Source: Stellaceae bacterium
Lineage (GTDB): Bacteria > Pseudomonadota > Alphaproteobacteria > ATCC43930 > CGMCC-115725
Length of the DNA: 64,000 bases
Assembly (NCBI GenBank): GCA_036008325.1
Contig: DASYNW010000199.1
Span: 607-64,606, forward strand
Direction of reading: 5' to 3'
The notes below the pieces were generated by a model. It saw only the letters and a list, made by a program, of their open reading frames with translations, had not been told where the DNA came from and did no database searches. This document shows, piece after piece, positions 40,542 to 48,870 of this stretch. A program made the translations under genes and the position numbers. Each line of letters starts with the position of its first letter. Positions within the stretch are counted from its first letter, which is position 1.

Positions 40542-41490
40542 CCGGCGTTTCGCCGCGAGCCAATCTCAAACCTGATCGATAGATGGGGGCCGCGGCCCCC
40601 ATCGTCATTTCTCGGATCGATCCCGCACGCAATATCAGGGTCGACCAACCGTCGATGACGATACGGCGCTCGAGCACGATGCCCAAGCCGCGATGCGGGG
40701 CCAGCACGATCGGCTCCTGCCGACGCAGCAATCCCGACAGCACCGCCCGGCCGCCGGGGGCCAGCGCACGGGCCAGATCGGCGGCCAACAGCGCCAGCGG
40801 GCGCGCCAGGATGTTCGAAAGGATCAAATCGTACCGGCGCCGGCGCCGCCCGCAACCGCGATAGCCGGGGGCGCGGCGCACCCGCACCAAGGACGCGACG
40901 CCGTTGCGCGCGATGTTGTGGCGGGCGACCGCGACCGAACCCGGATCGATATCGCTCGCTCGGACTTTTCGCTGCAGCAGCTTGGCTGCGGCGATCGACA
41001 GTATTCCGGTGCCGGTGCCGATATCGAGCGGAGCGGCGATGCGCCGCTGCCGCGCCAGGGCGTCAAGCGCGATCAGGCAGCCGCGGGTCGAGGGATGCTC
41101 GCCGGTGCCGAACGCGGTCGCTGCGTCGAGCACGATCCCGATCGCGCCCGCCGGCACCTTGCCGCGGTAATGCGAGCCGTAGACAAAAAACCGGCCGATG
41201 CGCAATGGCGGAAACGCGAGCTGATTTTCGGCGAGCCAGTCGCGGTCGAGCAGTCGTTCCTCGACGATTTCCGCCACTTCGCCACCGGCCGCGGCGGCGG
41301 CAAGCGCCAGGCGCGCCGACAGCTCCGGGGTCAGCACCGATGCGTGGGGATAGGCTTCGAGCCGCCACTCTTCGGGCGCGTTCTCGAAAGCGGAGACGGC
41401 TGGGGCAAGCTCGTCCAGCATCGCAAAGACGGCGCCGGCGGCTGCGGCCCCGCGCACGCGCGCATGGAGATGCAGCACCCCTGCGCTCAC
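40330..41490 (-). CDS. prmA: Ribosomal protein L11 methyltransferase PrmA (ORF carries about 95 extra C-terminal residues)
   Basis: FGTGEHPSTRGCL, LDIGTGTGILSIAA and DLILSNILARPL are present. The conserved domain ends near DGWSTLILRA (about 40615), but the first in-frame stop is at 40330. Start GTG 41490. Confidence 0.85.
   Translation of the reverse strand: MSAGVLHLHARVRGAAAAGAVFAMLDELAPAVSAFENAPEEWRLEAYPHASVLTPELSARLALAAAAAGGEVAEIVEERLLDRDWLAENQLAFPPLRIGRFFVYGSHYRGKVPAGAIGIVLDAATAFGTGEHPSTRGCLIALDALARQRRIAAPLDIGTGTGILSIAAAKLLQRKVRASDIDPGSVAVARHNIARNGVASLVRVRRAPGYRGCGRRRRRYDLILSNILARPLALLAADLARALAPGGRAVLSGLLRRQEPIVLAPHRGLGIVLERRIVIDGWSTLILRAGSIREMTMGAAAPIYRSGLRLARGETPVRPPCAGQKPPASATLRASPTGPPSDRLPAPLGSPSGRCRYRPASGRRAPSVRHKRVAGAARLKPPSRPR
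40583..40613 (+). terminator. Perfect 20-nt palindrome ATGGGGGCCGCGGCCCCCAT followed by CGTCATTTCTC
   Basis: Read directly, 42 nt downstream of the DUF1127 stop. The GC-rich 10-bp stem (or 8-bp stem with a 4-nt loop) is followed by a partly T-rich tail. Confidence 0.6.
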
Positions 41491-41523
41491 CGGCAGATAT
41501 CCCGATGCGCGCCGGCAAACCGC

Positions 41524-43092
41524 TCACGCCCCCGGCGGCAGGTGATCGGGACCGATGAAATTGTCGAACTTGGTGGTTTCGGCCTCGAAATGCAGCTTGA
41601 TCGTGCCGATCGGCCCGTGCCGCTGCTTGGCGATGATGACTTCGCCGAGCCCGTAGACCTCGTTGAACCGGTCCTGCCAGCGCTCGTAGCGGTCGTTGTA
41701 CTTGTCATCGGTTTCATCGGCTCGGCGCAATGGCTGTCCCCGCGATAGATAGTATTCCTCGCGGAAGATGAACATGACGACGTCGGCGTCCTGCTCGATC
41801 GAGCCCGATTCGCGCAGATCGGCCAGCATCGGCCGCTTGTCCTCGCGCAGCTCGACCGCGCGAGACAATTGCGCCAGCGCCAGCACCGGCACATCGAGCT
41901 CCTTGGCCACCGCCTTCAGGCCGCGGGTGATATCGGAGATTTCCTGCACCCGGTTTTCCAAGCTGCGCACCTGGACCGAGGGGCGCATCAGCTGCAGATA
42001 ATCGACGACGATCAGGCCGAGGCCCTGCTGGCGCATCAGCCGCCGTGCCCGCGTACGCAAGGCGGAGACGCTGAGCGCCGGGGTGTCGTCGATGAACAGC
42101 GGCAGCGACTGAAGGTTATGGCTCGCCTGCACGAAGCGGTCGAAATCCTCATGGCTGACATCGCCGCGACGAATGCGGTCCGAGGAAATCCCGGACTCCT
42201 CGGCCAGAATACGGGCAGCCAACTGCTCGGCCGACATCTCGAGGGAAAAGAACCCGACCACGGCGCCGTCCTCGGCGACGACCCGGCCGTCGGCGGCGCG
42301 GCCCGCCCGGTAGGCCTTGGCCGCGTTGAAGGCGATGTTGGTGGCGAGCGCCGATTTGCCCATCGACGGCCGGCCGCCCAGGATGACCAGGTCGGAGGGA
42401 TGCAGCCCGCCGAGCTTCTGGTCGAGATCGACAAAGCCGGTGGCGACGCCGACTGTCTTGCCACTGCGTTTGAACGCCGCCTCGGCCATGTTGATCGCAC
42501 TGGTCAGCGGCACGGTGAAGGGGTGAAAGCCGCCTTCGCTCTGACCCGCGGTGGCGAGATCGAACAGTTTTTTCTCGACCCGTTCGATCTGCTCGGTCGC
42601 CCGGTCGTCGAGATCGTGGCGAAAGGCGTCGTTGACCACATCCTCGCCGAGCGCGATCAGCTGACGCCGCAGGTAGAGGTCGTGGATCGCGCGGCCGTAA
42701 TCCTCGGCGTTGATGATCGTCACCGCGCCGCTGACCAGATGGACCAAGTATTGCGCCCCGCCGATCTCGGCGAGCGCGCCGTCCTGATCGAACAGGTTTT
42801 TGAGAGTGACGGGGTTGGCGATCTGCCCGCGCTCGATCAGCTTGCCGATCGCGGCGAAGACGCGGGCGTGCACCGCGTTGCCGAAATGCTCGGGCAGCAG
42901 AAACTCCGACACCCTCGCGAACGCCATGTTGTTGATCAGCAGCGCGCCCAACAGCGCCTGCTCGGCTTCGGTGTTGTAGGGTGGGGTGCGGATCAGTTCG
43001 GGGTCGGTGTCGCGCAGCGGCGTGACCCGAGAGGCCAACATTGTTTCCATGGCGGCGAGGCTATCACCGCGGGCGAGCGGAACGGCCGGCAA
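41524..43092 (-). CDS. dnaB: Replicative DNA helicase DnaB
   Basis: PPYNTEAEQALLGALLINN, a Walker A motif (GGRPSMGKSALATNIA), LIVVDYLQLM and IAKQRHGPIG are present. The start is uncertain (TTG 43092 or ATG 43050). Confidence 0.95.
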   Translation of the reverse strand: MPAVPLARGDSLAAMETMLASRVTPLRDTDPELIRTPPYNTEAEQALLGALLINNMAFARVSEFLLPEHFGNAVHARVFAAIGKLIERGQIANPVTLKNLFDQDGALAEIGGAQYLVHLVSGAVTIINAEDYGRAIHDLYLRRQLIALGEDVVNDAFRHDLDDRATEQIERVEKKLFDLATAGQSEGGFHPFTVPLTSAINMAEAAFKRSGKTVGVATGFVDLDQKLGGLHPSDLVILGGRPSMGKSALATNIAFNAAKAYRAGRAADGRVVAEDGAVVGFFSLEMSAEQLAARILAEESGISSDRIRRGDVSHEDFDRFVQASHNLQSLPLFIDDTPALSVSALRTRARRLMRQQGLGLIVVDYLQLMRPSVQVRSLENRVQEISDITRGLKAVAKELDVPVLALAQLSRAVELREDKRPMLADLRESGSIEQDADVVMFIFREEYYLSRGQPLRRADETDDKYNDRYERWQDRFNEVYGLGEVIIAKQRHGPIGTIKLHFEAETTKFDNFIGPDHLPPGA

Positions 43093-43186
43093 TAACGATC
43101 CACAAGCTGTGGAAGACGGGGGTGGTCCGGCACGGCGCCGGCGCTACAGCCTCGCCGATCGGCGAGGCTTCTGCTAAAGCCGCCTT

Positions 43187-43486
43187 CTACTGCGGAGAGG
43201 TGGTCGTTTTCGAGCGGGTTGTCGTGGTGCCGGCGCCCGGGTCCGTCTCGGACCTGGTCCGTGTTTCCGTGCTGCCGGAGATGCCTTTATTGTAGGAGTG
43301 CTTTGCAGTGACTTGGTTCCCGTTGATGTCGACGCCTTTGTGGGTTGTCGACGTGTGGTAGCCCCCATTTGGTCCAGGTGCCACTCTGGTTGTCGTCGAC
43401 GTGCTCGAGCCGGCGATCGGAGCGGGCGGAGCGACCGGCGTCGGGGCGGGAGGATAGGTCTGAGCGAACGCGGCGCCAGGCATCAT
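43187..43486 (-). CDS. Hypothetical S/T/P-rich small protein (99 aa), weakly supported
   Basis: MMPGAAFAQTYPPAPTPVAPP...TTTRSKTTTSPQ. AAGGA lies about 9 nt upstream. Local GC is lower. The N-terminus looks like only the end of a signal peptide. Confidence 0.3.
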   Translation of the reverse strand: MMPGAAFAQTYPPAPTPVAPPAPIAGSSTSTTTRVAPGPNGGYHTSTTHKGVDINGNQVTAKHSYNKGISGSTETRTRSETDPGAGTTTTRSKTTTSPQ

Positions 43487-43515
43487 TCGTCTGCGTCCTT
43501 GCGGTTGACTACGCG

Positions 43516-43543
43516 CTTTAAAACAGCCGGCGCCTTCCGCCGG
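43516..43543 (-). terminator. Intrinsic terminator after the RpiR-family gene
   Basis: The minus strand reads CCGGCG-GAAGG-CGCCGG-CUGUUUUAAAG, about 45 nt downstream of the regulator stop. Confidence 0.55.
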
Positions 43544-43585
43544 TTCCCAGATCGGCGAGAGGTCCGGACGGCGCGCCCTTGGCAG

Positions 43586-44533
43586 TTACGACGACGAATG
43601 AGGGGTGCGCTTCTTGTCGCGGATTGCCGATTGGGAAGCGCGCAGCTTCATCGGCCGCCCCACGAGCTTTTGGCGTGCCTGGTTGAGTTCTTCGAGGCTC
43701 GCGAGCGTTTCGTTCGGCCGTTTTGTCGCCACTCCGACGAGCAGCGCTTCGACGAGGCCGAGGGTGGCGGTGTGCATGCTCAGCATCTCGGCGTGCCCGC
43801 GCGCCACGGGAAGGACCAGGTCGACTCGGTGTCGCAGGGGGGCGGCGAGGGTGTCCGTAAACAGGAACGAGCGCAGCCCGAGCAGGCCGATTTCATCCAC
43901 AAGAGCGGCCAACTCGGCATAGACGCGCCCATAGGCCAGCATGATGACGAGATCGCCCTCACGCAGCTTGCGCAGATCGTCGGCAAACAGCAGGCCGGTG
44001 TTCGTCAGGCTGGCGGCATCGAGACCGAAGCGGCCGAGCTGGATAACGAGATAGTCGGCGATGGCGCTCGACGGTCCAATGCCGAAGACAAGAGTTCGCC
44101 GCGCCATCGCGATGGCGTCGACGACCTGCTCAAATTGCTGGAGAGAGATCGAGCGGCGAAGGCTTTCAAGGCATTGCAGGTGGATATCCAATGTGGTCTC
44201 GAAGGCGGCCGACAGGCTGCTGCCAACCTCGCCCAAGGTTCGATTGAGGCGTTCGGCCGGTGATAGTGAGTGGCGCAGTTCGTCGGCCAGGGTCCGGCGC
44301 AGATCGTCGAGACCCGAAAAGCCGAGCGCCTTGGCCGCGCGCACCACCGTGGCGTCGCTGGTTTGCGCCTTTGCCGCCAGTGCCGCCGCCGAGGCGATCA
44401 AGACCTCCTCGCGATGGTCCCGAAAGAACCGAACGACGCGTTGCTCGGCCGGGCTCATCTGCCCGAACCGTTCGGCAATTCTCGCCTCGAAGCTTGGCAC
44501 CGCCGGCACAGGCTGCTCCTTGTTGACATGCAC
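43586..44533 (-). CDS. MurR/RpiR-family transcriptional regulator (HTH_6 plus SIS domain)
   Basis: MSPAEQRVVRFFRDHREEVLIASAAALAAKAQTSDATVVRAAKALGFSG is the HTH region, followed by an SIS-like RTLVFGIGPSSAIADYLVIQL. Start GTG 44533. Confidence 0.9.
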   Translation of the reverse strand: MHVNKEQPVPAVPSFEARIAERFGQMSPAEQRVVRFFRDHREEVLIASAAALAAKAQTSDATVVRAAKALGFSGLDDLRRTLADELRHSLSPAERLNRTLGEVGSSLSAAFETTLDIHLQCLESLRRSISLQQFEQVVDAIAMARRTLVFGIGPSSAIADYLVIQLGRFGLDAASLTNTGLLFADDLRKLREGDLVIMLAYGRVYAELAALVDEIGLLGLRSFLFTDTLAAPLRHRVDLVLPVARGHAEMLSMHTATLGLVEALLVGVATKRPNETLASLEELNQARQKLVGRPMKLRASQSAIRDKKRTPHSSS

Positions 44534-44611
44534 CCGTATTGACGTGCGTCGCGTTCGCTACCATTATGTGGTCGTTGTCGTCGTATGTACTACGGCTCTC
44601 GAGGATTGCAA

Positions 44612-45367
44612 ATGGACCCAATAGCCTGGAGCGTGGCGGCACCCGCCGTCGGCTCTGCCTTCCTCGCGTCGCTGGTCGAGGCGGTCGAGGCCTTCACCAT
44701 TGTTCTCGCGGTCGCAACGCTGCGCGGCTGGCGGCCGGCGGCCTGTGGCGCCGCCGGTGCGCTTGGCGTTCTGGGAGTGCTGATCGCCGGGCTCGGCCCG
44801 CTTCTCGACCGGGTTCCGCTTCATCCCCTCCAGCTCGCGATCGGGGTTCTGCTTCTTCTCCTCGGGATGGGATGGCTGCGCAAGGCGATCCTGCGCGCGG
44901 CAGGCGTCATCCCGCTCCACGACGAGGCGGCGATCTTCGCGTCCGAGACAGGGCAACTGGCGGACTCCGCCCGTCATCAGCCGACCTCGCTTGATTGGAT
45001 CGCCGGCCTGACCGCCTTCAAGGCGGTCCTGCTGGAAGGGCTCGAAGTCGTGTTTATCGTGATCGCCGTGGGCGCCGGCCGCGGCCTTCTATGGCCGGCC
45101 GGGGTCGGGGCGCTGGCGGCGTGCCTCGCCATCCTCGCCATCGGCGTCGCCGTCCGCAAGCCGCTCGCGAAGGTGCCCGAGAACACCCTGAAATTCGGCA
45201 TCGGCGTCATGTTGTCGGCCTTCGGCGTGTTCTGGACCGGAGAAGGGCTCGGCATCAATTGGCCGGGCCAGGATTTCGCCTTGGGGGCTTTCGCCGTCCT
45301 GTTTCTCTCGGTCGGCATTGCCGCTGCATCCATGCTCCGGCGGCCGGCGGCGGAGGCAATTCAATGA
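44612..45367 (+). CDS. Integral membrane protein with an internal two-fold repeat (COG4280-like, function unknown)
   Basis: Six to eight hydrophobic helices. The paired motifs LVEAVEAFTIVLAV and LLEGLEVVFIVIAV suggest a duplicated half-transporter fold. GAGGA lies 6 nt upstream of ATG 44612. Confidence 0.75.
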   Translation: MDPIAWSVAAPAVGSAFLASLVEAVEAFTIVLAVATLRGWRPAACGAAGALGVLGVLIAGLGPLLDRVPLHPLQLAIGVLLLLLGMGWLRKAILRAAGVIPLHDEAAIFASETGQLADSARHQPTSLDWIAGLTAFKAVLLEGLEVVFIVIAVGAGRGLLWPAGVGALAACLAILAIGVAVRKPLAKVPENTLKFGIGVMLSAFGVFWTGEGLGINWPGQDFALGAFAVLFLSVGIAAASMLRRPAAEAIQ

Positions 45368-45582
45368 ACATCATCCGCGAGGTTTTGAAAGAGCTCGTCG
45401 GCATGTTCCTCGCCGACGCCAGGCTCACCCTGGCTACTCTTTTCCTGGTGGCGGTGGTCGCCGCCCTGGTCGGGGTATGGCGGGTCGGGCCGCTAGTCGG
45501 CGGCGGCATTCTCGTTCTCGGCTGTCTCGCCATCCTCGTCGAAGCAGCTAGCCGAGAAGCACGACGGGTGAGCCGCCAATGA
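45364..45582 (+). CDS. Small two-TM membrane protein (72 aa), translationally coupled to the upstream gene
   Basis: MNIIREVLKELVGMFLADARLTLATLFLVAVVAALVGVWRVGPLVGGGILVLGCLAILVEAA. Its ATG overlaps the upstream stop (ATGA). Confidence 0.6.
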   Translation: MNIIREVLKELVGMFLADARLTLATLFLVAVVAALVGVWRVGPLVGGGILVLGCLAILVEAASREARRVSRQ

Positions 45583-45684
45583 TTGGCGGCTCCAAGCGGG
45601 AAAGCGTGACAGATTTTGGAGAAGATAGGGCTCCGGCCCCGTTCCCGGCCCAGCAGAACATCGCCGGGCCGGGTGGGAGTGGGC

Positions 45685-46518
45685 TCAGTTCGGGTGGAAG
45701 ACGAGGGTGCGCAGCTCGATGCTTTCACGCGGGAAGGCGTCGGGCGGGGTCGTAGGATCGGTGAACGAGGTGTGCGGCATAAAGCGCGCGCGACCATCGG
45801 TTTTGGTGTCGGCGATCTTGAGCAGAAGCGCCTGGTCGCGCCGCATCTGCGGCACGTAGTACCATTCATGCGCCGGGTTCCACGTGACCGAATAGGTCTC
45901 GCCGACCCGATCGCGATAAACCAGGTCTGACGGCACCAGATCCTTCTGATCGACTGTGCGGGCATCGCACACCGCGAGCGGCGCGTCTTGCAACGGGCCG
46001 CGGATCGGGCGCCACAAATTGATCACCTGGACCCGCCCCTTCAGCAACTCCTCGGCGTCGTCGCCCATCAGGTCGCGAACCCGCTGTGGGCCAGAGCGCG
46101 CGGTGTGGTCGACATGGACCCGGGTCGCCGGCTGGCGCGGCCCGCCGGCCGAGCGGTCGCCCTGGCCCGCCACGCGGCGGCGCTGCAGATGGTCGAAGAT
46201 GAAGACGCGGCTGGCGCCGGTCTGCTCGGCGATAAAGCGCTCCGCCTCCGGGTAGTAGACCCGGCGCACCTCGTCATCATCCCAGAAGTCGCGCACCGCG
46301 GTGTTCTGCTCGACCAGGGCGAAGCCCTGGCGGTCGAGCTCGATTTCCGAGGCGACCGGCCGCATGTCGCGGATATGCATCCGATGCGGCTCGTGGGTCA
46401 TGTTCGAGCGGACCTCGCCTGGTGCCGTCTCATAGGCGTAGTAGCGCGGGCGCTCGGCCATCGGCGCGAGATAGTTCAGCTCGCCCTCGACATAGGGCAG
46501 ATCGGCAAAACCAGTCAT
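45685..46518 (-). CDS. CmcJ/NvfI-family oxidoreductase-like protein
   Basis: LNYLAP...YYAY, FIFDHLQRR, VHVDHTARSGPQRVR, VINLWRPIRGPLQDAPLAVCDARTV and HEWYYVPQM match my recollection of this family. GGAGGA lies upstream of ATG 46518. Confidence 0.75.
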   Translation of the reverse strand: MTGFADLPYVEGELNYLAPMAERPRYYAYETAPGEVRSNMTHEPHRMHIRDMRPVASEIELDRQGFALVEQNTAVRDFWDDDEVRRVYYPEAERFIAEQTGASRVFIFDHLQRRRVAGQGDRSAGGPRQPATRVHVDHTARSGPQRVRDLMGDDAEELLKGRVQVINLWRPIRGPLQDAPLAVCDARTVDQKDLVPSDLVYRDRVGETYSVTWNPAHEWYYVPQMRRDQALLLKIADTKTDGRARFMPHTSFTDPTTPPDAFPRESIELRTLVFHPN

Positions 46519-46784
46519 CGTTCGATCCTCCGTTGGGGTTGTCAGATTGCGGGTCGACGGGTCGAAACAAGCCGGAGCGCGTCAAAAGCACAGGAATTTG
46601 CGCCATTCCGGCGAATGTTGGAACTCTTTCGATAGGTTCGGCGCCGGCGAAACCGGGGCCGATCGAAGAACCAAGGTGCTTACGGCACGGCGAACGGCGT
46701 GGAGCGCGCCCGTCGCCCAGCCACCGGACGGTGTCTGCGTTCCCGGCCGGGCCCATCCGGCGGTCGTCCCGATAACCGGAGGCA

Positions 46785-47021
46785 TCACTCCCTCCAGAAC
46801 GGCTTGTTGGCCAGAAACTCGGCATCGGCTCGGCTGATCCCGATATCGGCGAGCATCCTGTCGTCGAGGGCACCGAGACTGGCGCGGTCACGGGCGCGCC
46901 GGCGCCATTCGCGTGACGTCGCCAATATCCGTCGCGCGCCAGCGCTCGCCCGTTGCAGCATGGAGCCCTCCCGGGCCCCGGCGAACTGCTCGCGCGCCGC
47001 TTCGAACCGGATCGCGCTCAT
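46785..47021 (-). CDS. DUF1127 domain-containing small protein (78 aa)
   Basis: WRRRARDRASLGALDDRMLADIGISRADAEFLANKPFWRE. AGGAGA lies 6 nt upstream of ATG 47021. It is divergent from the LysR gene. Confidence 0.8.
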   Translation of the reverse strand: MSAIRFEAAREQFAGAREGSMLQRASAGARRILATSREWRRRARDRASLGALDDRMLADIGISRADAEFLANKPFWRE

Positions 47022-47145
47022 ATGAAATCTCCTAAACTCAGCGTTCATTCTCGACATACCGGTCGAGATCTTGCCTGCGGTGGATGTAGGGGGTATAGAC
47101 CGCCCCCACAAACGAGAGTTTTTCAGGGATGCCTTAGATTCACTC

Positions 47146-48084
47146 ATGCCTGATAACGACCGTCTGCCCCCGCTCGGGGCGCTGCGCGCCTTTGAGGCGG
47201 CGGCGCGCCACATGAGCTTCAGCAAAGCCGCCGAGGAGCTGTTCGTCACCCCGGCGGCGATCAGCCATCAAATTCATGCCCTGGAGCAGGATCTCGGGGT
47301 CAGGCTGTTTCATCGCCTCAGCCGGTCGGTCGAGCTGACCGCGTCGGCGCGGGTGCTGTTGCCCGGCCTGTCCGAGGCGTTCTACGGAATTCAGTCATCG
47401 GTCAGGCGCTTGCGGGCGCACAACGACACCGGGACATTGACCGTGACCGCGTCGCCCTCGTTCGCCGCCAAGTGGCTGGTGCTGCGCCTGCATCGGTTTC
47501 AGGAAATATGCGCCGAGGTCGATGTGCGGATTTCTGCTACCGATGAGGTCGTCGACCTAACCAAGGGCGATTTCGACATCGCCATCCGATATGGGACTGG
47601 GCACTACCCCGGGCTCGAGGTCGAGAAGCTGTTTACCAACGAGGTGTTTCCGGCGTGCAGCCCGCAGCTGCTCGCCGCCGGACCGCCGTTGCGCACCCCG
47701 CACGACCTCCGCCACCATGCGCTGATTCATGATCAAGCAATCGAGCGCGATCCGCTGGTGCCGACCTGGCCGATGTGGCTCAAGGCCGCCGGCGTCAAGG
47801 ATGTGCCGGCGACCGCCGGGCTCAGTTTCAACAACATGCACCTGGCGCTCGATGCGGCGATCGCCGGCCATGGCGTGGTGCTGGCCTATAGCACGATCGC
47901 CGCCGCCGATCTCGCCGCCGGGAGGCTGGTGCGGCTGTTCTCCTTGGCGCTGCCCGACCAGTTCGCCTACTACATCGTCACCGCACCGGGCGCGCTCGAA
48001 CGGCCCAAAATTCGGGCGTTTCGCAAATGGCTGCGCGAGGAGGCCGATCGGCGCCCGGAGGCGGTAGCGTCAAGGCCGGAATGA
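47146..48084 (+). CDS. LysR-family transcriptional regulator (GcvA-like)
   Basis: LPPLGALRAFEAAARHMSFSKAAEELFVTPAAISHQIHALEQDLGVRLFHR is the HTH region, followed by a LysR substrate-binding domain. Confidence 0.9.
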   Translation: MPDNDRLPPLGALRAFEAAARHMSFSKAAEELFVTPAAISHQIHALEQDLGVRLFHRLSRSVELTASARVLLPGLSEAFYGIQSSVRRLRAHNDTGTLTVTASPSFAAKWLVLRLHRFQEICAEVDVRISATDEVVDLTKGDFDIAIRYGTGHYPGLEVEKLFTNEVFPACSPQLLAAGPPLRTPHDLRHHALIHDQAIERDPLVPTWPMWLKAAGVKDVPATAGLSFNNMHLALDAAIAGHGVVLAYSTIAAADLAAGRLVRLFSLALPDQFAYYIVTAPGALERPKIRAFRKWLREEADRRPEAVASRPE

Positions 48085-48109
48085 GAGCCGCCCGACGGCC
48101 ACCGGCGCC

Positions 48110-48793
48110 TTACACACTGGCAGGGCTCACCGCAGCAGAGCGGGTTGGCGCAGTGCGCCGCCAGCCGAACATCCCCAGCGCGAGCAAGGCCGCGCCGAGC
48201 AGCGACAGCGATGCGGGCTCGGGCGCATCGACAATAGCGGCATCGATGCTCGTCAGGCTGTTCGAACCCGCGGTTATCGTCAGGATCTCGGTCAAGGAGT
48301 AAGGCCCGGTAATCGGCGGCAGCAAGACGAGGCTCGCCTGATTGTCGGATAATCCGCTGGATAGTAGCGTACCCGTGCCAAATTGCGTGTTCGCCGTATC
48401 GTAATAGGTCGTCATCTGCGCGCTGCTGTTCGAATAGATGCCGGTGATGCTGCTCAGGAATTCCTTGGAGGCGGTGGTGGTGAAATTGGTCTCGGTCAGC
48501 GAAACCGTCAGGGTGCCGCCCGACGTGCCGGTGGTCAGATCGAGCGACGTCAGATCGAGGATCGGGTCCGACGCCGCTCCGATCGCTGGGAACCCGGCGC
48601 CGATGTCGATACTGGCGGTGAAATTGCCGATGGTCCCGGAATAGGACGCAGTTCCGGGGCTTCCGGAATCATTGGTCGCACCGGTGTTGACGCCATCCGT
48701 GGCCGACAGAAAGATCTCTGCGCGCGCCTGGGATGCAAATCCCGCGGCGGTGGTCAATACTGCGATCGTCAGCGACTTGCGCAGGATGTTCAT
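48110..48793 (-). CDS. PEP-CTERM sorting-domain protein (putative exosortase substrate)
   Basis: It has a signal peptide (MNILRKSLTIAVLTTAAGFASQARA), an S/T/G-rich body and a C-terminal VDAPEPASLSLLGAALLALGMFGWRR. AAGAGGA lies upstream of the ATG. GC is lower than in the neighbouring genes. Confidence 0.8.
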   Translation of the reverse strand: MNILRKSLTIAVLTTAAGFASQARAEIFLSATDGVNTGATNDSGSPGTASYSGTIGNFTASIDIGAGFPAIGAASDPILDLTSLDLTTGTSGGTLTVSLTETNFTTTASKEFLSSITGIYSNSSAQMTTYYDTANTQFGTGTLLSSGLSDNQASLVLLPPITGPYSLTEILTITAGSNSLTSIDAAIVDAPEPASLSLLGAALLALGMFGWRRTAPTRSAAVSPASV

Positions 48794-48870
48794 AACACTG
48801 GTCCTCTTGGGAATTCTTATGCCGCTGGCGGTCTTTGCCCGCGACGTACGAATTTACCGAAGAGAAGCCG

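Noticed and set aside
44523-44567. Two TTGAC(A/G) hexamers in the RpiR / membrane-gene divergent region, considered as firm promoters
   Set aside because: Only TTGACG-N17-CATTAT has acceptable spacing. The evidence is a motif match alone, so I mention it in a finding rather than list it as a feature.
46519-46784. Cuckoo/CcsR-type sRNAs (hairpins with CCUCCUCCC loops) downstream of the DUF1127 genes
   Set aside because: There is no CCUCCUCCC motif or repeated hairpin series downstream of either DUF1127 gene. The region after the first copy is prmA coding sequence.
48794-48870. Sigma-54 (-24 GG / -12 GC) promoter upstream of the PEP-CTERM gene
   Set aside because: By eye, neither strand has a TGGCAC-N5-TTGC-like element with the correct spacing.
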